A stretch of 64,000 bases of DNA from an uncultured Prochlorococcus sp. (GCA_902536775.1 CACAYX010000002.1:4462-68461), one strand, 5' to 3'; counted from the first letter of the stretch, positions 53,035-61,140 are shown. Notes: generated by a model not told the origin, from the letters alone. Numbers and translations: made by a program.

Positions 53035-53271
53035 ATTAATATAAATACATTAGAAGTGGATCGTCAAGTATTTTGGCAAATAAATTATTTACGCTGATAG
53101 AGAATAAAAACAGTTCAGTTATTCCAAAAAAATAAAATACCCACCAAAAGCTTGTTTTAGCAAGCATTTTGATAGGTAACACCGGATCCCCGTCAGTTCT
53201 TTGTTGCATCGACCTGAAAGAGCCAATAAACAATAAGTCCCTAATAACACAACTGCATCAAGGGATTTCAG

Positions 53272-54579
53272 ATGTATATTGGTAAGGCACCAATGTCAAG
53301 AGTATTTCAAAGAGCTGGCAGATCGGGATGGTATTTGGGCGTCTCTGTACCAAAATCTATTAGAAAGAAATTAGGAAGAAACGAAGTCCATAAGAAGGTT
53401 GGCAACACACATAAAGAAGCATTAATAAATAAATCTAGAGTTGAAGCTGAGATTCAAAGATACTTTGGAGTAGAGCTAAATCAATTAAGTTTGGTTGATG
53501 AAGTTACAGCAATGTATGAATCAGATCCAAACTATAAAGGTATTAAATCTATTGCTGAAATGCCAGCAGAAGAAAAACAATTACTTAAAGATATTTATCA
53601 GGTTGATTACGACTTACCCGGGAACCCAACTACTCAAGAAGAAGCTGCTTTATGGAAAGCTTTAGATGGACAAACAACTTGGCAACAATGGATTAACCGA
53701 AGAGTAATGACTGAGAATATTTCTAAGGCAACTATAAGGAATTGGGAATCTAGATTAAAGATGGTATCTGCATGGAAAGGTTCCGACTATTTAACAGACC
53801 TTACAAAAACAGATGCACTTAATTTTAAAGATTATGCATTAAGAAAAGGTCATATAGGTTCATCAGTTAAAAACATAATTGGATGTCTTAGTGGCTTTTG
53901 GAATTGGGGGAAAGACAACCAAATAATCAAAGAAAATATATGGGAAGGTTTAAAGAAACGATTACCTGATCCAGCTCCGAGAGAATTACCAGATAGAAGT
54001 ATTCTTATTTCTGCTACCGAAAAAGCTTCAACAACTACACCTAATAGAAAAGAAAAAGATTATGCATTTCTAATCACTCGATTTACAGGGTGCAGAAATG
54101 GTGCTGCCAACGGATTAAGACATTGCGATATTGATTTAGAAAATAAAACTATTACTTTCACCAATTGGGAAAAAGTAGTTACTTATAAAAAAATCAGAGG
54201 TGGCAAAAGAAGAGAGAATCAAGTTCGCAGATTGAAAACAGCAAAAGATGAACGAACAGTTCCGATATCAACCAAGTTATATGAAGCGATAAAAGATATA
54301 CCACTAAAAAAGGGTTCAGATGATCCAATCTGGCCGAGAAGATATAAGGTAAATGATGACTCTTGGGGACACCATCATGCCAATGAATACAGAAAAAAGT
54401 ATGGTGTAAGAGCTCATGACTTAAGATCTTTCGCAATTACAAAATTAACTCTTGAAGGAGTCACGCCCTTCATTATTTATGAAATTACAAGACACTCAAT
54501 ACCTGGAATATCTGACGTAATCAAGATTTATACCAGACCTACTATTGAAGAAGTTAGACAAGCTATGGAATTAATTTAA
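53272..54579 (+). CDS. tyrosine recombinase / phage-type integrase
   Basis: RFTGCRNG, LKT, HDLR, RH...IY catalytic set; arm-binding-like N-terminus (VPKSIRKKLGRNE). Confidence 0.9.
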   Translation: MYIGKAPMSRVFQRAGRSGWYLGVSVPKSIRKKLGRNEVHKKVGNTHKEALINKSRVEAEIQRYFGVELNQLSLVDEVTAMYESDPNYKGIKSIAEMPAEEKQLLKDIYQVDYDLPGNPTTQEEAALWKALDGQTTWQQWINRRVMTENISKATIRNWESRLKMVSAWKGSDYLTDLTKTDALNFKDYALRKGHIGSSVKNIIGCLSGFWNWGKDNQIIKENIWEGLKKRLPDPAPRELPDRSILISATEKASTTTPNRKEKDYAFLITRFTGCRNGAANGLRHCDIDLENKTITFTNWEKVVTYKKIRGGKRRENQVRRLKTAKDERTVPISTKLYEAIKDIPLKKGSDDPIWPRRYKVNDDSWGHHHANEYRKKYGVRAHDLRSFAITKLTLEGVTPFIIYEITRHSIPGISDVIKIYTRPTIEEVRQAMELI

Positions 54580-54630
54580 TGCAGACTTAAGAGAAAATTG
54601 ATTTTAGAAAGCAGAATAGAGCAGACAGAC

Positions 54631-54737
54631 ATTGGTTCGGATCAAAGAAAGGGGACCCAGATACTATGAATTTATTTGATGAATAGCTTTAAATGACAAA
54701 GATACACAACACGAGAGTCGCATTGAGCAACAGGCTA
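54631..54737 (+). repeat. diverged ~105-bp direct repeat, copy of 60634-60743
   Basis: Shared GTTCGG..TTGATGAATAG..AAATGACAAAGA..CATT..GCTA. Confidence 0.75.
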
Positions 54738-54817
54738 CTGGAAGGAAAGAAGCAGTTAGGCTGATACATACAGCAGCAAAGTTAAAAACTAAATTTGATA
54801 ACTACGAGATGAGTTAG
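54726..54817 (+). pseudogene. 3' remnant of the 62609-62746 gene
   Basis: QQATGRKEAVRLIHTAAKLKTKFDNYEMS*, 5' half replaced by the 54631 repeat. Confidence 0.75.
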
Positions 54818-55178
54818 TCCTTTGATTAAAGATTTAATTAATCATTATTAAATCAATCTTAAGGATTCATGCAAAATATTTGAGACCGATTACTTTAATA
54901 AAACGACAGTTCTGGTGATCGACTCGACCAAGGTTGACCAACTAGATCTTCACTAATCCATGGTCTTTAATACCAAGGTAATTTAACTTCTCTAACCTTT
55001 CTGGAAAGAAAGTTAGATGATCAGAAATTAAACTTTCGGGATTAATTCTGAACTATCTTAAAAATAAAGTCGTTTGTAAAGCATGAAGAAGTGAGTCATC
55101 ACTTTTACTTACAAAACTAATTTCTAAGAAAATTCTTAATCTGATTATTAAATAGATCTCCTTTCTGTCGTCACCATT

Positions 55179-55207
55179 AAAAAAGACCTGTAAAAAGGTC
55201 TTTTTTT
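55179..55207. terminator. intrinsic terminator
   Basis: A6-GACCT..AGGTC-T7. Confidence 0.7.
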
Positions 55208-55394
55208 ATGCCTTAAATTTTATTTATTGACTGTTAATCAACAAATACCTAAATATTTTTATCTCGCTATCTCGCGATAAGTTAATGCTTTTTCAAAAGT
55301 AGAAAAGAAAGTATAAATGCTATTCAATACAACCAACAAAAGAACTACTGATCTTCCATGTTGATTTAATTGAAGTGTTCTTTGATTCATAATC

Positions 55395-55577
55395 TTAATA
55401 ATCTTCGTTGTAATCGGAGGGACTACCAGTTAAAGAACAAACAACTGATTCCTCTTTTTTCATTTCTTTTATTTCCACTATTGGTCTGCCCATTTTCTTT
55501 AGAACATTTATATCTTCTATAGTCTGACAACGAGCAATAATATTTCCTTTTTGATCAAAGCAACTGTAGTAAGTCAT
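55395..55577 (-). CDS. hypothetical protein
   Basis: YSCFDQKGNIIARC...VCSLTGSPSDYN. Confidence 0.75.
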   Translation of the reverse strand: MTYYSCFDQKGNIIARCQTIEDINVLKKMGRPIVEIKEMKKEESVVCSLTGSPSDYNEDY

Positions 55578-55804
55578 TTTATTAAATGCAATTTAGAGTT
55601 TATGGTTTATTTCAGTTTTAGCAATGCAACTGATTCATAAAAACCATATTATTAATCTAGTTCAGCCATAGGTTTAAATTACTAAAAAAACATACCTCTT
55701 TCCGTACCTAAATGTTCCTCAAACCGCACACATTAGATACGTAGTGTTTTAGTCAAATCAATTAGAACAAAGATGTAGCTAAACAAATATACAAAGGAGA
55801 ATCT

Positions 55805-55942
55805 ATGAGTGGAGATTTCGAGACACTTGAAATTAATCAACCAAAAATTACATATCTAAAACCGGAAGAAAATACAGGGTGGTTAGACAAATTAATCAAG
55901 AATATTGAAGATATGAAAAACAAGATCTCTAGAGATTCTTAA
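55805..55942 (+). CDS. 45-aa protein
   Basis: AAGGAG SD; MSGDFETLEINQPKITYLKP... Confidence 0.6.
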   Translation: MSGDFETLEINQPKITYLKPEENTGWLDKLIKNIEDMKNKISRDS

Positions 55943-56004
55943 TCATTAAATAAAAAAAAGGGGCTGAAAATTACCAACCCCTAAAAGTTTTAATGAGCTC
56001 TTCC

Positions 56005-56133
56005 TTAGAAAATACCTGGAACAATTTGACCAGTAAAATAGTATGCCCCTATAAGAGCGAACATTCCAAGCATTGCTGCTTTACCGTTAAGCTTTTCAGC
56101 TTTTTCGGTCATGAATTTTTTAGCGAATTCCAT
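56005..56133 (-). CDS. hli: high-light-inducible protein (42 aa)
   Basis: MTEKAEKLNGKAAMLGMFALIGAYYFTGQIVPGIF. Confidence 0.9.
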   Translation of the reverse strand: MEFAKKFMTEKAEKLNGKAAMLGMFALIGAYYFTGQIVPGIF

Positions 56134-56160
56134 AATTATTCGAAATAGATTTATATCTAC

Positions 56161-56203
56161 AAACTAATTATTCCTGAATGGTAATTGATGTAGTGTTTCC
56201 TAC
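56161..56203 (-). promoter_or_regulatory. NtcA-type activated promoter of hli
   Basis: GTA-GGAAACAC-TAC-N23-TAGTTT. Confidence 0.65.
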
Positions 56204-56647
56204 CTAAATTATCTTTTTTCTAAAAATTTAATTTTTAATTTATTTTTCATATTTAATATTAGAAATTTAAGAAAAAAACTATTTTTTAGATCTTTAGTTT
56301 GAATGAGAAGAAATTCAAAAAAGAAATTAAATTATGTATATTAGGTAACCGCTTTTTTGTGAGTATTATTCAGAATAAGATTCCAACTATTTTTTTATGC
56401 AAAAAGATTTAGATGAAAATTCTTATGAAAAAAGAATTGAAAATATAGAGAAAGGAAAATCTTATTTAAAAAATAATGGATTTTTTAGATCAAAATCTAG
56501 CTTATTCGTAGACATTCAAAAATTTATTTATAAAAGGTAGTTTAAAAAAATTTTTATTTTTGTTTAATTAAATTATTTTATAAGCAAGCTTCCAGATAAA
56601 AGAAAGAAAAACTTGAAAAGGTTAGAAGTAGAATTTAAATTCTACTT

Positions 56648-56752
56648 CTAAATTATTCCAAAGGTGCATGCAGTGAAACCAACAGCTGCAAAGAATACGA
56701 ACTCAATCAAATCTCTTGGAGCAGAGTTCATAAATAAATTGATTTGAGTCAT
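56648..56752 (-). CDS. 34-aa TM peptide
   Basis: MTQINLFMNSAPRDLIEFVFFAAVGFTACTFGII, 4 nt after the 56757 ORF. Confidence 0.55.
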   Translation of the reverse strand: MTQINLFMNSAPRDLIEFVFFAAVGFTACTFGII

Positions 56753-56756
56753 AATT

Positions 56757-56951
56757 TTATGACTTGAGAGAATCTTTTAATTCAAACTTTGAGGCTTTTT
56801 CAGCTTGACACTCAGTATCATTTTCAGCACATTCGATCTCTGCTTTTTTATTCATGTGACTGCTACAAGCTCCAGCCATAACTGGTAACCCTGATGTAGC
56901 TGTGAAACCAGTTAAACAAGCAAAGGCAATATAAGGGATAAGTCTTTTCAT
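56757..56951 (-). CDS. small secreted Cys-containing protein
   Basis: Signal peptide, CSSH, CAENDTEC. Confidence 0.7.
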   Translation of the reverse strand: MKRLIPYIAFACLTGFTATSGLPVMAGACSSHMNKKAEIECAENDTECQAEKASKFELKDSLKS

Positions 56952-57152
56952 TAAATTGTTACTTTATGTAAACATATTATGTTACATAAAAATCTCAACT
57001 GTGAGAAGCTGATAATTCGCGCGCACCTTATACCAATCATCTAAAGTGATCTAGCAAACCTATGAGTTTTATATTTATCTGAGTATTTTTACCTGTATGT
57101 TGAGTTGAAGACTTTAAATAATTAATGTTTGTTTTGGGTTTATATATAAGTC

Positions 57153-57308
57153 ATGGATAAAGAACATTTAATTGATTTAATATCTAATAGCATTATTTCT
57201 GAGATTAAAGATCTCGAAATTAATGAGGAAAAATTGATTGCAAATAATTATTTAAATAATCTGAATTTAAATCAGCTTAGAATAATTTCTAAAGAATTTA
57301 TTTTGTAA
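57153..57308 (+). CDS. 51-aa protein, paralog of 52434 ORF
   Basis: MDKEHLIDLISNSIISE...NYLNNLNLNQL. Confidence 0.6.
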   Translation: MDKEHLIDLISNSIISEIKDLEINEEKLIANNYLNNLNLNQLRIISKEFIL

Positions 57309-57386
57309 TTTTTATTGAATATTTATTTAAATAAATGAGATTTTCTTTACTATCATTTGAATTTTAATAAGTTAATATCTTTTAAT

Positions 57387-57566
57387 ATGAATGATTCAGA
57401 AGAATTTAAACCTAGCCTTAAACAAATAAATGAGGATATCAGACCTACATGGGAGGATATCAAAAAACAATCAGAAGTTTTAGTTAACAAACTTGGTTGC
57501 CCTAGATCATTTGTAGGAGGGATGCTTCATGCAATAGCAAGCGACTTCTCTGATATGAAAACTTAG
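57387..57566 (+). CDS. hypothetical protein
   Basis: WEDIKKQSEVLVNKLGCP; ATG chosen over upstream TTG. Confidence 0.65.
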   Translation: MNDSEEFKPSLKQINEDIRPTWEDIKKQSEVLVNKLGCPRSFVGGMLHAIASDFSDMKT

Positions 57567-57572
57567 GAATAA

Positions 57573-57722
57573 ATGAAAAACTTATTACTTACACCACTTT
57601 TCAAACTATTCAAAAAAAGCACTTTCCTCTTATCACTAAATCAAAACTCGTGCCCTGTTTTAGATGTTGAAGACATAAAAAAGCAAGAACAGAAAGAAGC
57701 TATTGAAAGGTTGTACCCGTAA
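57573..57722 (+). CDS. 49-aa protein
   Basis: Hand-translated ...CPVLDVEDIKKQEQKEAIERLYP. Confidence 0.5.
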   Translation: MKNLLLTPLFKLFKKSTFLLSLNQNSCPVLDVEDIKKQEQKEAIERLYP

Positions 57723-57779
57723 ACTTTTAACAGAAATGTATCACATCATATATACGATGCAGCTCGGTCCTATGCACCC

Positions 57780-57923
57780 CCATGCCACCCATTACTTTCC
57801 TAAATTGTGACTTTGATGGATAATAAACATATAAAAAAAATCTGATTCTAGCAAAATTCTAGCAGATAAATTCCTTCAATTCCCTTGATATGACTGAAGA
57901 AAATTTTTGGCTAAAGAAGTGGG
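57780..57923 (+). repeat. direct repeat / att-like site, left copy
   Basis: 42/51 identity of 57780-57830 to 60389-60439; second shared block TTGATATGACTGAA..TGGCTAA. Confidence 0.75.
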
Positions 57924-57939
57924 TACTTGATGCTAAAAA

Positions 57940-58659
57940 CTAAAGCCTTCCAAATCCCTTAATTCTTTTTTCTGTTTTATATCCTGCTTGTACGAATTGA
58001 GTATTATCAGTCCCGACATCATAAAGAGTATAATTTTTTCCTGCCCCAATACCAATAACAGCTTTTTGAGGAACTTTCTGCTCTTTCTTACGATTTCCAT
58101 TTAAATCTTCTACTTCAGAATTAACAATCCCCTCTGTCAATTCCAAGTGAAACTGTTGTTTACTTCTTGCAGTAAATAATCTGTTTACCTGAAGACGTGT
58201 AAGTCTATCAAGGAGTGTCAGTGGCGGCGTATCTAGTGTTAAATTTTCGCCAACATCTTTTGAGCTTCCGTGAATCAAACCACAATCAAGTTCAACAAAT
58301 CCAAATTGAAGTGCTGCTATCCAATCAAGAAATGATTTGTCTACAGCATTCGTAAGAGACTTAACTACTTCTTCACCCTTATTTATTCTCAAAGCTTCAG
58401 CTCTTTGATCACCACGGTAACCACTTTCCAAGAGGATTTGTTCTTCCCACCAACCATATATGCACCATGGTTGTAAATCATTACTTTTTGGATTAATTAA
58501 CCTATGGAGAAGCCTATTACAGTTTTTTTCAGGACCTATCATATCCCCCAAAACAAAAAGAGTTATATTACCAGGAGTTTTTTTTAAGTCTTTTTGAATA
58601 AGTTCATAAGTATCTAGATCCCCTTTAAGACCACTTACGAGTGCCCAGCGTTCTATCAT
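57940..58659 (-). CDS. degenerate metallophosphoesterase-fold protein
   Basis: LGDMIG and IHGS kept; DxH, GNH and GHTH lost. Confidence 0.75.
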   Translation of the reverse strand: MIERWALVSGLKGDLDTYELIQKDLKKTPGNITLFVLGDMIGPEKNCNRLLHRLINPKSNDLQPWCIYGWWEEQILLESGYRGDQRAEALRINKGEEVVKSLTNAVDKSFLDWIAALQFGFVELDCGLIHGSSKDVGENLTLDTPPLTLLDRLTRLQVNRLFTARSKQQFHLELTEGIVNSEVEDLNGNRKKEQKVPQKAVIGIGAGKNYTLYDVGTDNTQFVQAGYKTEKRIKGFGRL

Positions 58660-59471
58660 CTTTCACAAACATGAGATGCATCTTCAGCTTGTTCTGCAAA
58701 TTCGAATCCATTTTTTAAACGCCATGCAAAAATCGGAGGAAGACCGGCATCTATTATTGCTTTACAAGTAAGTTCAATATCATATTCCACTTCTCTAATT
58801 TTTACTTCATTAGTGACATCGTTATGAACAACATAAGTAGCTTTAGTTCCTCCATGTCTTGGCTCTCCAACTGAACCTGCATTTACTATTCTTCGCATAG
58901 GCAATTGAATTTCTTTTTCTTGAGTATCTTTGGGAACAGAATTTTTGATCTTTACAGCAATTGAACCATCTGCTAATTCGCGAATATAAGGTTGGTGAGT
59001 ATGACCACAAAAAAGAATCTCTGCTCTGGCATTTTCAACTCTCTCAAGAGCTGCGAATGCATCCATATCGGGTAGAAGATATTCATGTTGACTATTAGGA
59101 CTACCATGAACAAAAAGACACTTATCTTTACGTATTGAGTAGGGTAGATTAGCTAGATAATCCTTATTTTCTGTAGTTAATTTATCTGTAGTCCATTGAT
59201 GAGCAAAATGACCTCTTTTTTCAGCAAGCTGAGAAGGATAACTACAATCGCAAGCATCTAATCCATCAACAACGTCTTCGTCCCAACATCCCTGACAAGT
59301 AGGAATTTCTTTATCTCTTATTAACTCAATAACCTCATTAGGTTGAGGACCATAACCCACTAGATCTCCAAGACAGGTAATATTTGTAATTCCTTGGAGT
59401 TCAATATCTTTTAAGACAGCCTCTACTGCAGGTAGATTTGCATGTAAACATGAGATGACAGCTTGATTCAT
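58656..59471 (-). CDS. metallophosphoesterase with Cys-substituted motifs
   Basis: SCLHAN, LGDLVGYG, QGCWD, HGSP, CGHTH, NAGSVG. Confidence 0.88.
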   Translation of the reverse strand: MNQAVISCLHANLPAVEAVLKDIELQGITNITCLGDLVGYGPQPNEVIELIRDKEIPTCQGCWDEDVVDGLDACDCSYPSQLAEKRGHFAHQWTTDKLTTENKDYLANLPYSIRKDKCLFVHGSPNSQHEYLLPDMDAFAALERVENARAEILFCGHTHQPYIRELADGSIAVKIKNSVPKDTQEKEIQLPMRRIVNAGSVGEPRHGGTKATYVVHNDVTNEVKIREVEYDIELTCKAIIDAGLPPIFAWRLKNGFEFAEQAEDASHVCER

Positions 59472-59478
59472 TTTTAAG

Positions 59479-60261
59479 TTAACGGCGAGCAGTTTGTAAT
59501 TGTGAATTTCTAAGTGAAGTTTGATGATGATCTAGTACAGCATCATTAAGAAGGCAATTATGAATCGTTGCTTTTATTGACTCGAAGTTTAAATTTTTCC
59601 CTTGTATAACAATTTCAGAACATCTTTCTGGTCTTCCATTAAGAGGGGCAACTTGGTTTAATGTTTGATATTGAGATCCTTGCTGACTGACTATCCAATT
59701 AAACAAGATGTAACGCCCATCAGGTAAGTTCATTAATGCTTTTGCTCTATATACATCCCCATAAGCACCATTAACTAATTCAAACCAAAAAGTATTCAAG
59801 CTTGCAGGATCCCAAATATGCTTTTGAAGATCAAGGCTTATTGATTCAATTTCTCTAAAATCTAAAGTATCTTTAATTGATAATTCTGGATCTCTACCAA
59901 AATGAAGATATCTATTTGGCTGGAGATTATATTTTTCAAGTTCATTAATAATTCTCAGATCAACTCCATTTATACCCTGAGATTTAGGTGTAAAAAATTG
60001 TGGAAATTCAATAATAATTAAAATGTTTTCTTTATCTTTCTCTGATATTGAGTTTGAAATAGATAAGTCTAATAAGTTAGGAATTTGATCTTTCAAAAAA
60101 GCAAAATCAATTTTTGAATTTATAGCTTGCTCTAAATTAATTTCGGAATATCCTCCAAGACGTAAGTAACCACAATTGCCAGAATAATTCTTAAAAGTAT
60201 TTAGTATCCAATTTGTCTTACCGCATCCTGGCGAACCTGATATTAAACAGACTTGACTCAT
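59479..60261 (-). CDS. COG0523/CobW-like protein (P-loop plus CobW C-terminal domain)
   Basis: GSPGCGKT; GDVYRAKAL...SEIVIQG. Confidence 0.75.
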   Translation of the reverse strand: MSQVCLISGSPGCGKTNWILNTFKNYSGNCGYLRLGGYSEINLEQAINSKIDFAFLKDQIPNLLDLSISNSISEKDKENILIIIEFPQFFTPKSQGINGVDLRIINELEKYNLQPNRYLHFGRDPELSIKDTLDFREIESISLDLQKHIWDPASLNTFWFELVNGAYGDVYRAKALMNLPDGRYILFNWIVSQQGSQYQTLNQVAPLNGRPERCSEIVIQGKNLNFESIKATIHNCLLNDAVLDHHQTSLRNSQLQTARR

Positions 60262-60298
60262 AAAAAAATACTACCTAATGTATAAAATTTACACCAAT

Positions 60299-60321
60299 AT
60301 GAAAATGAAAATCATTTCTGT
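60299..60321. promoter_or_regulatory. Zur (Fur-family) box
   Basis: TGAAAATGAAAATCATT, AATGA-N3-TCATT palindrome about 40 nt before the COG0523 start. Confidence 0.6.
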
Positions 60322-60388
60322 TTTCGATTTTAAATATTTATTTTGTGATTTAAGTGATAAAACAATAATATTTAGAGAATTAATTACT

Positions 60389-60610
60389 CCATACCAACCA
60401 TCACTTTCCTAAATAGATAATTTGATGGATAATTAACCTAGATTTGAACGTTTTTAATATTCTGTTCACACACCGTTCACACATTGTAATTTTCTTCTAA
60501 ATTATTGATATGACTGAAATAAACTACTGGCTAATGAAAAGTGAGCGCGTCTAGCTATTACTGGGATTTCAGGGAATCGTAATTTTTTACTCAAACTTTA
60601 CTCAAACTTT
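60389..60610 (+). repeat. direct repeat / att-like site, right copy, with 11-bp-period doublets
   Basis: Matches 57780-57923; GTTCACACA x2 (60464), TTTACTCAAAC x2 (60586). Confidence 0.7.
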
Positions 60611-60633
60611 TAAAGACTAAAAAACTAACCGAT

Positions 60634-60743
60634 ATTGAGTTCGGTTCGAAGTAAGAAAACCCTGAAACTATTAATCTCTTTTGATGAATAGTCTTCAAAT
60701 GACAAAGACACAAAGCACAAAAACTACATTAAGTAGCAAGCTA
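60634..60743 (+). repeat. second copy of 54631-54737 repeat
   Basis: See 54631. Confidence 0.75.
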
Positions 60744-60789
60744 AGTGTCTTGGAAGTAATCTGCATTAATTAAAAAGGTTTTTGTACTC

Positions 60790-60951
60790 GTGTGTAGGAG
60801 TGCGGGGTTAACCTTGAAACCGCTAGGCTCAAGTCCTTACGAAAAGGATAAGTCCTTAGACCACTTATACCTAAGAAACACACTCATCACAAGTAAAAAT
60901 AACTTGATTGACAGTCGATCTAAACTTAGAGGGATAAAACCCTCTTTTTTT
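60790..60951 (+). ncRNA. candidate structured small RNA
   Basis: GC-rich multi-stem fold, 5' GTGTGTAGGAGT, ends in terminator AGAGGG..CCCTCT-T6. Confidence 0.55.
60904..60926 (+). repeat. 23-bp exact repeat TTGATTGACAGTCGATCTAAACT
   Basis: Identical at 62754-62776; degenerate at 63079-63098. Confidence 0.85.
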
Positions 60952-61140
60952 GAAGAGAAACAAATTTAAAAGATCAGCTTTTTTTGATATGTCTGATGAC
61001 CTTTTCTATCGAATATCATTAATAGGATTTTTAGTTGTTTTTAGCTCAATGGTATTTTTCCTAACGAAATATAGAGAAAAAAAAGTTAATAATATAAGCC
61101 AAATTTCCATAACTGAACAAATTTAATTTTTAAAGCAGTA

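Noticed and set aside
53170-53225. GC-rich stretch as tRNA/tmRNA/riboswitch fragment
   Set aside because: No T-arm, CCA end or recognisable riboswitch motif; GGTTCG at 54634 and 60643 also lack tRNA context
53013-53233. DUF1651 start at 53027 and 65-aa ORF 53036-53233
   Set aside because: The ATG lies inside the LexA box; the ORF spans promoter and integrase leader
33923-54436. ORFs 27849, 33923, 39806, 45057, 49140, 51689, 52610, 54194
   Set aside because: Antisense overlaps of stronger genes
57750-57830. Integrase C-terminal remnant (DAARS...WI)
   Set aside because: Needs several frameshifts; unsupported
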